64,000 nucleotides of DNA from Euglena gracilis (Eukaryota). The notes beneath the pieces are model-generated. The model worked only from the letters and a program-made list of their open reading frames with translations. It searched no databases and was not told the origin of the DNA. Below, piece after piece: positions 54,011-64,000 of this stretch. The number at the start of each line of letters is the position of its first letter. Within the stretch, counting starts at the first letter, position 1. A program made the translations under genes and the position numbers. Location of the stretch: assembly GCA_039621445.1 (NCBI GenBank), contig CP154954.1, forward strand, positions 42,654,632 to 42,718,631, given 5' to 3'.

Positions 54011-54886
54011 CCTTTAACAATGGTATGGTCCCGGCCCATTTCCCTTGAATTGAGGTCACGGTGTCTTCAGAGTCGGGAGAGTGTACTAACATTAATCATA
54101 CCAAAAATCGAAAACAGGGTCGAAAAAAAAACAGGGTCGTCCTCTTCGTCCTCCCTCCCCCCCCACCTTCCTTAACCTTCCTTAAAAAAGCTTTAAAATC
54201 TGTTTGGGACAAAGCCGCAATAACAGAAAAGCCAGGCTGGATATGGGGGAGACGAAGCGGCTCAGTTCACGGTTGAGCGGGAACAAATAATGGGAAAGCG
54301 GTGACCGAGCACACCGGACACGCCGCAGGCTGAAGCTCTGTTCATGCCCAGAGGGAAGAAGAGTCAGGCTTGCGACCGTGGCAGCAGGTTGGCGGCAGAG
54401 CATCCCCCCCCCCCACAGCCCAGGGGGAGGTGCTGGTGCGGCAGGGCTGGGCCCAAAGTGGGACTGGCTGCAGCTGCCCCCTCGCCGTGAGTCTGCAAAG
54501 CCTGAAAGACAGGCGGAGGCGCCTCCCCTCTGCCGATGAAAATCCAAAGCCCTCGGGTATGCTTGACACTTGCATTCTTATCGAACAGACAAAACGGCGT
54601 GCAAACCCCAAAAATGGGTGCATGCACGCACGATGGATGCCCGCGACCACAGATGTGGGTACGTGGGCAGCCTGGTGCCCACCTGGCAGTGTGGTGTGGG
54701 GCGGCATCGGCAAAGCAAAAAGGGGAGGGGGAGGAGGGAAATAGGCTGGCGGGCACATCAACCACATCCGCCGCCAGAGGCAGTTCACGCTCCCATCGCG
54801 GTAGGGCGTGGGGAGGCCGCCTCCCCGCTGCCTGGGGTGTGTGCAGGGCCGTATGGGAGGGCCTGGTGGGGGGGGGGTCGACCCCC

Positions 54887-55295
54887 CAGGCTTTTGGCTT
54901 TTGCTTGAGGACCGCGGGGGGTCCACTTAGCCTGCCATTTGGCTAGCCACTGGAAAAATGCTAACTGGCTAGACCCCTCTCCCTGGTGGGGGTTGGGTCC
55001 CTGAAACTGGAAAAAAAAACTTCCAGCACTGTGTGCCAAGGTAGAAAATGGGGTTTTTAATGAGCTGATTAGGTCCATTATTTGGCTGATTTGGTTGGTC
55101 CAGAAAACCCCCGAAAACTGCAATTTTTTGGCAACCTCGGCATTTTTTTTTGTCGAATTTGGGTTCAAAAAGCTTAGCCTTGCTGGCAGAAGCTCCCCAG
55201 AGAGGTCCAGTGGGATTTCCACCAGCCAATTTGGACTAGCTGCAGTCAAGTCCCCGGGGTGCTGCGGGTCCTGCGAACCCTTCCGAAGAGGCCTG
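54887..55295. mobile_element. hAT-like MITE, family M1
   Basis: Ends are CAGGCTTT and GAAGAGGCCTG. Flanks CGACCCCC and CCACCCAC match 6/8. It shares GGATTTCCACCAGCCAA with the 45693 copy. Confidence 0.8.
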
Positions 55296-55753
55296 CCACC
55301 CACCATGGAACCGCAAAGGAGAGTTTCCTTCGGCACCGAAGGAAAACTTTGACCTACTTCCCCCACCAGGATGGGGGGGTTGGGCGTGTGACCTCCCTGA
55401 ACAATATGCTGATATTTTTTTTTGGCACTGATCCATTCATACGTTGAGCTTTCATGTGAGAACCAATTTCCTGCAAAATCGAAGCAAAAACTTTTCTTTT
55501 ATGAAACACGTTGAAAATGCCCTGGATGGCAATGATCATCAGTGTTCATTTGTGTGGGCCAATCGACCCCAACTACCGTTTGTGTCACTTTTGCTTGAAA
55601 TACTGTGGCTTCTTCTCTCCTTTACTGTTATTGTTCAGATAACACGAATTTGGCTTTGATTGGTTGCTTTACTCTCGCCAATTGCTGAAATTTCCTTCGG
55701 GTTTGGTCTTTCGGTACAAAGAACTGTCTTCTAGCTGTTTCATACTCCCAGTA

Positions 55754-56146
55754 ACCCCCTAATAAGTGCACGGGTGTGCACATTTTAAGGACGTAGTTTC
55801 GGACCCCAAGGGGTGCGCACTTATTAGGGCAGTGCGCACTTTTTAGGACAAAGCCGAAAATACACACATTTTCCCCACTACATTTGAATTTCCCCCCTAT
55901 TTTTGTAATTTTAAGCTCTGAGTCAAGTGATTTTGTGTCAAATTTGGGCTTGGACGATAGAAATATTTGTTCTGAGAAGGACAATTCTGAGAATTGTGTG
56001 TGCTTTCCGACCTGAGATGTGACAATGATTTTTCCTTTGGGGGGGTGCGCACTTTTAGGGAGGTAATTTCGGACCCTCGGGGGGTGCGCACTTATTAGGG
56101 CACTGCGCACAATTAGGGCACTGCGCACTTATTAGGGGAGGGGGGT
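55754..56146. mobile_element. CCTAATAAGTGC-family MITE (copy of 8007-8401)
   Basis: End-to-end similarity with 8007-8401. Confidence 0.85.
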
Positions 56147-58129
56147 TTATGTGCATTTCCTGGCTAGTCTGGGCGACAAGGAAGTTTTTTTTGACCTTGG
56201 GAAATTGTCGCCAAATTCTTGCCCATCGATTTGTGGTCGTCCGAGAGGAGATACGGAGGTACTAGATGCGGCCAGGCTCGAAAAAAATTTCTTCATAAAA
56301 ACGAGGAAAATGAATACTTTTTGAAGCTGGCGATCAATCGTGAGTCTATGCAGTTGAGTTCTACCTCAAAGAAAACCTTCTGGTAAAACACACACACACA
56401 CACACATACACATACACACAAAAACAAAAAAACCCAACTTGGGTTGAGAGGGAGCCAAATGGGTGGGAGCTCAAACACATGGGACCACTGCATTATAAAT
56501 AGAGGCAGCGGACAGCCCGGGGAGTGGGGGTGCTGAGGCCCGCTGTGCTCAGCAACAGTATCACGATGGCTGTGGGCTTGGAGACTGGACAAAAGGCACC
56601 CGAGGGGTAACAAGGCTCGGGCGGCGGCGCGTTTGTGGGGGCGGCGCCCTGACTAGGCCCAGCGGGGCATTGCCCCTTCGGAGCAATTAGCAAATGCTGG
56701 TGGGAAATCAACTCAGTCGCCCGGGATTGGAGGACTCCCTCACCCCGCGGAGCGGAGGGCGGAAGCCGGGCAGAACCGGAACCGCGGCGAGGCGGCCACC
56801 CAAGCCCCCCTCGACGCCACCCCCCGCCTGACCTTTGTGTCCCTGCTGGATTCTTGTTGGGCTACTCCTCTTGCCCCCAAGCCCTGACCCTGGTCCACGC
56901 CAACGGTCCTTGCCTCCGGCCCCCGCTCCCCGCCCCCGACCTTGGCCCTTCCGTCCGCCCAACGCGCCAGCCCCCCCCCCCCCCCAGGGCAATGCCCCCA
57001 GCGCCGGCCGGCGGAGGGGCATTGAGAGGGGGCGGTCAGGGGCCGACTACGGCGCGGGCCCCCCCCTGAGGGAGGGGGAGGGGGGCGGGCAGAGGACGCA
57101 AAATAAACGGGGTCCCCCTCAAAGGGCAGGGGATCGGAGGGCCATGACATCGCGGGGGGCAGAGGCGGGAGGCACCGGTGGGAAGGGGGTGGGTGGGAAG
57201 GGGGTCCCTGCCGTGCAACTGCTTGCTGGAGTGGCACCCCCCCCCCCCCCCAAAGCATATCCCCTGGGCCGACCAGTCGGCAACCCCCCCAAATGGACCT
57301 CCCAAAGCATCCCTGCCTTTACGGCACAGGCTTCCCGAGGTGGGCAAGAGGTTCCTCCAAATCTATGAAGCATATCTATCTCAAGCATGAAAATACAAAA
57401 GTTTTGTATTTTTGGGGTCATTATTTTGGTGGATAACAATGGCACAAAAATAATGGTGGATTTTAATTGATTAATCTTAAGGAGGCAGGGGGCACGACCT
57501 CAAAATAAAAACCCGTCGGTTGAAAATAGAGCAAAAATACATACATTTTCTCATGTTTATTCAGCCCAAATTGGGGGTTCTTGGTGTTGTGTGTGCTTGT
57601 GTGTGGGTGTGTGCATGCGTGCGCGCGTGTGCGTGGGTGTCTCATCGATTTCTTTTGATTCTTTGCCAGAAAATGGTTGTGATGTGTATCCTGTCAAACA
57701 ATTGTTCACCCCAAAATGTCAAAAAATGGGCCCGAAATTTCATCCTTAAATTGTGAGCACCTCCCCAACTGGGCTTCTGCCTGCTCCACTCTTTGACCAT
57801 TTTGGGTCACGTTGGGCCTGGAGGAAAGAATCAAACCCTGATTTTCCTTTAATAATCGGCATTTATGTCAGTTATAAAATCATATTTTGGTTGGTCCAAT
57901 GGAATAATGAAATGAAATGATTGGCCCAACGAAACAGAGCCATTGTCATTGTCAAATAGAGCACGAACGATGCGAAGAATTCTAAACAAAGCAGCGTGTG
58001 TTTAGGTTAAGGCCTTCTTTTTGGGTTTGGAAAACTTACCCAAAATAATTCTTTTCTGGCTCTGGAAGTCAGTGAAGAGGGGGAATGGGAAAACAAAAAA
58101 CGTGACACCCTCCGTGTGTCAAACCTGGG

Positions 58130-61100
58130 TAAAATCCTGTTTGCGCCAAGGTTGCTTGATATACTTCAGCACAGATGTTAAACCCCAGTTGAAGACCTCC
58201 TGGTTTACCCCGTGTCGGATTGTGTTTTGTCTTGTTCGAGGTGAGTGTCCCTCCTCCAGTGAGCACCCCAAACACCCATGCAATGGTCCCATATCTCCAT
58301 CACTGGAATAGTGTGGTAGCTTTTGTCGCCTCCGTCTCCTCCAATCAATGAAAACTTCCGAAAACCATAGAAATTGATGAAATGAAAAACGTTCACATTC
58401 CAAAAAAAATGGTAAGCAATTCAGAAAAAAGCCACAAAATTTCAAAGTAAAGGATTTTGGTTGCCCAATTAACCCCCCCCCAAAATATAAGCAACCCCCC
58501 CCTCTGTAAGCAACCCCCAAATAAAATTTTCATTAAAACAGCACACACACACAAAAAAAACGGCAGAAATCTGCGAATTTCAAATACGAACGACCCCTGG
58601 AGCCGGGTTTCGGAAACCTGAACACAGGCAAATGGTTGCGTACATTTGGGGAGGCGAGATGGAATCGTTGGGAATTATCTCACTGCATTGCCTTAGCCGC
58701 CCTTGGGGTTCCAGCTCTTTTACCAAATTGGTCCTTAATGGTAAAAATTCTCTGTCAATGCACTCAATGAACAATTCTCATGGAAAACGGCCGGGAAAAA
58801 ACTCCGTACTTTGGTAAAAAAAAAAGGGTCGAAATTTGGGGGGGGAATAGAGCGACTTTTGGCTTCGTTAGACCATCGGCCATCAAACAAAAATGGGGGG
58901 AAAAGAGTTCTTTTTGAATAATTTTCTGTTGAAAAATATCTCTTTCCACCCTGTTCGCGCTCCGGACCAGCCATTGAGTGGCCCTTGCGCCCATGGGTGG
59001 GAAGGCTGGTGGGGGTCAGACAGGGTTCCATGTGAAGGCAGGTCGAAGGGTCGGACCTCCCCCCCCCTCTGGTCCGGGGGGGGGGGGAGGTGGGGGGCAC
59101 ACCCCGCCTACACAATGGCGTGGTCTGGTGACCAAAATCCAAAACAGCCAAAAGGGCATGTCAAGGGGCATGTCAATACCCCATAAAATCCGCACTGCTT
59201 TTTACCGACAGCCGGCGTGAAGCTTTGGTCCTCTCCTTCTCCGCTTTGCGACCTTTTCATTGTCACAGCAGACCGAAGCAGCTGGACGGCCGCCACCCGC
59301 CGCGGTGCATCGGAAGTGCAGCCGCTGGACATCAGCAGCGTTCCACAGCGAAGCCGGGGGCCGCGCCACGCCCAGAGGCGAGGGGGGGGGGCACCGGAAG
59401 GCAACTTTGTGAGCCACGCAACGCATCGCAATGCAGAACTACGGGGATTTGAACAGCCCCCCCTCTCCATCATTCGAAATATGTGAACTCGGGGGTGCAT
59501 TGATGGGCGGACACAACGCACAATTCCCCGGCGCGCTTGCACCGCCGTCCGGGTTCGGAGCTACACACATGCAAGACAAAACCCCCGTTGGTAGCAATCT
59601 GCATCCCAGCAGTGGGACTGAGTTTCAGCCTCCTGAGGGGGGGGTGGGGGGGAGGGAGCATAAAGGCTGGTGGCTGGACCGCAAAAAAAAAACCAGGAAA
59701 GGATGGGGCACTCGGTGCGGCGCGGCGCAAAGAGAAGAGGAAGAAGCAACGCCATCCTCTGTCCAGGCAAGCAGCCCCCCCGGGGGAATGGTTGGGAGTT
59801 GGGCAGTGCAGAGCACAGGCAGGGCGGAATGAGAAGGGGGGGGTTGACCCCCAGGAGGTGGGGTGGGGAGACCCCACCAACCCATGGGCACCGTGCCATG
59901 AAAAAATTACTGCAGTGAAAAAAAGTTTTGCATAAAAGTTGGTCCCTGGAAAAAAAAAGGAAAGGGATGGTGCGGTGAGAGGGAGGATCGGACCCTCCGC
60001 CACTATCCATAGGGTTTCTGAGCTTCCTGTTCAACCCTGGGGGGAGCAGTGCGGCGCAGTGCAGTGGATAGAGGGCCGCCCCAAACTGGGGGGATCTGCC
60101 CTCCCGGTGGGTTTGGGGATGGGGGAATCTGGAGAGTGGACGTAGAGCGACTGGAAAGAAAACCTCCACCGGGTCGTAAAATGGCCGTTGATTAACAAAC
60201 CGGATCAGGGAAAACTGCAAACTAAAATGACAAAAAAGACAAAATACCAGCAAATTTTCAAAATGTTGAGCTTCTTCCCCCCACTCTTGGCCGGAGTGGA
60301 ACCAGGGAGCTAGAATTGTCATCTCTCTGCGCACCTCTTTTTGGGGTTTGGGAGGGGGGAGGAAAATGCTGGGGAAGTTCCCGGTGAAGACACACCCCTG
60401 GCTCAACCATAGCACAACTGGGTCCTGCTCAGGGCCAATGGTGACGCGACAACGTTTCGGGACATCCAACCCTGCGCCATTGACCCAGCCCGGCCCGCCC
60501 GGCCACTGCGAGCCCGAGCATCGAGGGGCGGCCCTCCTCGATGGGGGGGACTGGGGTGGCATGAGCCGGCCGGAGTGGCCGTGGGTCACGACGCGGGTCA
60601 ACGGAAGGTCAGCGGGCAGAGGGGCCCAGGCCCAATATACCACGTGACCGGGCCCCCCATCCCCTCTCATACCGGCGGGGCCAGCCAGGGCCTGGGGGGG
60701 GGGGGGCATTGCCGAAGCGAAGCGGTGGCGGAGCGGAGGACGAGACCTCGAAACCGCCACAAAAAGTCCGCAAGGGGCGGTCCTTAACGAGAAGAAGAAA
60801 CAAGAAACCACGTCCCTCACGGACCGCTGCCTTGGGGGTGGACTTCCCCCGACCGAATAATATTTGTTGGGGGAATGTTATTCGGGGATGGGGTTCTTTA
60901 CCTGACCCTGGGGAGGGGAGTCACTTCCTCTCTTCCAAAAAGTGGTGTTCCTTTGGAAAACTACCGGGAACCACCCCTGGGGGTCCAAGAAAAATATCCC
61001 GGAATAGGGTTGGATTGGTTGGGTTGGATTTTTGCCGACTCCCCCCCCCCCCAGGAGAGGGTTTGGGATGAGCCAGTCAGTTGCTCTTGAAAAACCAGCC

Positions 61101-63920
61101 CCCCAAGGCGGTTGGCTGTTGAGTAAGTTGTAGCATGCCTCCAGTCCGCCAAGATTTGGTGCGGGCGGGAGAAAGCCACAGGTCTACCGCATGCCGCGCC
61201 ATATGGCCAGTGCCAGCCCATGCCTGTGCAGGAGAAGAGGATCTCCGTCCCTGTAGAGAGGTCAGGCGGACAGACGCCCTGCCGGGCTTTGACCACGCGG
61301 CGCTGGCGGACCCGGGGGACACCCCGGGCCCGTGTCCTCTGCTGTTGTTGTCCTGCTGCTGTTCGCCGGAGGACAGATGTGGAAAGCTCCTCTGGTACCC
61401 CCATCGACACCCAACACCCGCCCACCCGCCGACCCACAACCCACCCACGGGCCGGGTACCGGGGCACGGTCGCCGTCAAGGCCCGCCCGCAGCCTGCGAT
61501 TCCTGCGGTGGAAGCCACCGGGATGCGAGGGGCCGCCGCCTGCGCCGCCCGCTGGGGGGTCAGCCGCCCAAGGCCGAGGTCAGTGCAGTCAGGGGACGAT
61601 CGGGGGAAGGACCGGCCTGTTCCCCCTGATAGGCCCAAGCAATGCCTCAAATAGTGATCACCCCGACCACCATTCGCAGGGTTACACTACCCCCCCCTGG
61701 GGCGATGTACCTTTGGGGTGAGTTTGTGAAAGCCCCCACTGTTTTCCTCTGTTCCCCCTCCCTGGAGGGTTGTGAATGCTGGGTTGATGGTTTGGCACAA
61801 TTGTGCTTTAATATGACTGTGCGCATGGGGATCACAGGACAGAGTACGGTGGAAAGTAGGATGCTGCTCATATCCCACAAAATGCACAAAGTGAAGGGCT
61901 GCCCGTGCACCCAGATTTCGGCCGACCCTGGCTTGCCCGAAAGAGGAATGAGAAAGTTCATGGCAGGTGACAAAGGGCGAACAGAACATCACAGTGGGGT
62001 TCGGTATTTTCTGCCTCCTGAGGCAGTGATGGTTACTGGCTGCTGTACAACAAACTGTACGTAGCTCAATGTCGATGAACCCAGAAGCAGTGACCGGGGG
62101 GGGGGTGCAAAATGAAACCAACCGCTCCTGGCGCTTTGCCATCTTTGTAGGCAACAGCGGCTGAAACTCCAAACGCTAGAGGACAGCCTTCTGTGGGAAG
62201 AAATTATGTCGGTGGTAGCTGTATCTCTCTTCAAATCTCCCAAGGTGTGGTGAGAATGTCTTCCAGCTTTACATAGATGAAAAGAACGAGTACATTTTTT
62301 GCACCGAAAACAACAACGACAAAAATTTGAACGACCCGGGATAAACGGCACCCCACCTGCAGGTGGGTTGCATGGCTGGCTGCCATTCCCTCCAGCCAGT
62401 GCCCCGACCAGATCATTTGGCCAGGTTTACCAATCCACCGGAGAACGCAGCGGCCTTGGAAAGTGGCGTGCCGTGCCGCGCGGCACCATCGGGGCATTGT
62501 GGGAAATGCGGCGTGTTTCCGGCAAAGAGATCAGACACCCTGCCTGACTGTGCAGCAGGCGGCTTCTAGGGCGGGCCGAAGGGCCTTGTTGGGGGGTGGC
62601 GGCGGTGGTTTGGACATCGCAGGTCGGGGCGGGGGGGGGGGGAGGGGGAGGGGGACCGCAGCACCTTCGCTGGCAGCAGCAAGGGACCCCGGCACCGGGG
62701 AAGCCCAAAAACCACCCAGAGCTGGCTGCCCTCTGTTGAAGGAGGGGGGTCCACTGGCTAGCCATTTGACTAGGCTTTGGGAAAAAGCCACTGACAAGGA
62801 CACCTACCCTGGGGGGCGGGGAGCACCTGGCGCTGCTCGCCAAGGTGGAAATGGAAATGGAAATAGAACCAAAAATCGGCAGTTTTGGCAGGCTTTGGGA
62901 TTAAAAAAAAAGAAGTTTCCGGCGCTTCGCACCGGCCACTGGGAACAAATTTCTACTAGCTCCCGCTAACGGACCCCAGGGGGTCCAATGGAATTTCCAT
63001 TGGCCAAATTTGGACTAGCTGCAATCAAGCCCCCTCCCCGGGGTCCTGCAAACCATTGAGCAGAAGTCGAATTGGAGACACATGACCATGCAAACATCGG
63101 TTGCTTGGGGAGGGGGATCAGGGGAAGACAGAAGAGCTTGGGGGAACCTCCCCCTCGGGTTCAGCAAAGCCCATGTTCAATGGAGGTGCAGGGGGGTGTG
63201 GTGTGCAAATTACAATAAGGATGAAACGGAGTAAACCTATAACTGTGCGGCTGCCACGGTGGAAAGACTTCCTGCTTCCTCTTCTTTGCACTCGACCCCC
63301 CCCCTCAAGTGAATGATGCAAAACATCTTAAAGACCACCCCTGTAAATCCCTGTGCCCAAATTTCTGGCATGTCGGTTGACAACGTCTGCGGCTCACCCA
63401 TGACGCAGTCCCCAACCCTCAAAGCACCCAGAGCATCATTCCCAATTAAAAACCCATAAACAAGGAACATAATTCCAAATCAAAAAAATAACAACAAAAT
63501 TTGTTTGGGATTCCTGCTGGTTCGAAATTCCTTTTAAAAGTCAACATCTGAAACGTTCACTACGGGTGCACGTCCGGGCATACCTGCCTCTCTCCTGATC
63601 CACCTTCTGTACAACCTCGAATACGTCACCAACCCAAAAAGACGGCCAAGGTTCTTCGGCCCCGTGTCTCCCGTTGCAGTCCATCCCCCTCCAGGGGCAC
63701 AACGCCGCAGGTCAAACGGTGGGGCAGGTCCCCTTCGGCTCCTTCGGTGGCGCAGTGTGTGCGTGCGGGCCGGGCCGAGGCCACGCCCCAGGCCCCCTGC
63801 GCCGGCTGGTCCACGGCGTTGGGGCCGCTGCGGGGCCGCCCCCCCCCCCCCCCGCCCCGGGGATGCCGATGCCCCGGGGTGGGCATCGGCACCTTGCGCG
63901 GCACCCATCAGACATGCACC
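58130..63920 (-). CDS. Possible fragmented multi-exon gene of unrecognised product, probably extending past the window end
   Basis: GC-rich, stop-poor blocks alternate with intron-like DNA, e.g. VGDCVMGEPQTLSTDMPEIWAQGFTG (~63340-63420), CPPDLSTGTEILFSCTGMG (~61215-61275) and EIWDHCMGVWGAHWRR (~58250-58300). No family recognised. Confidence 0.3.
62720..63070. mobile_element. Degenerate family-M1 MITE
   Basis: CCACTGGCTAGCCATT is shared with 37736, and TTTCCATTGGCCAAATTTGGACTAGCTGC resembles both 37736 and 54887. The ends are eroded. Confidence 0.65.
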
Positions 63921-64000
63921 GGGGGGCTTTTGCGTCATTATCCATCCATAAATGGATGCCCCCCCAGGGCAGAACGGGAAGGCCTGGTGGGGGGGGGGGT

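Overview
Repeat-rich eukaryotic genomic DNA, most likely a euglenid (Euglena-like), inferred from the intron type. Nearly all listed ORFs are microsatellite or low-complexity artefacts. Reading the minus strand across introns gives four co-oriented genes: a Tctex1-type dynein light chain (51463-52944), two tandem paralogues with a SAM-like N-terminus and a bestrophin-like (UPF0187-type) membrane domain (~37151-47776 and 23605-34917), and a claudin/PMP22-like tetraspan gene (~3060-18288). Besides GT-AG introns they carry about 25 nonconventional introns whose ends base-pair (intron +4..+6 with -8..-6, often CAG/CTG). The window also holds many MITE/DNA-transposon families. Several are hAT-like, with CAG...CTG termini and 8-bp target-site duplications (TSDs). 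Key observation: one nonconventional intron (45688-45988) is exactly a member of a dispersed hAT-like MITE family plus 3 nt of one TSD and 5 nt of the other. This 3+5=8 geometry matches the nonconventional splice consensus and suggests a transposon-driven intron-generating system. All exon junctions are manual inferences without RNA data.
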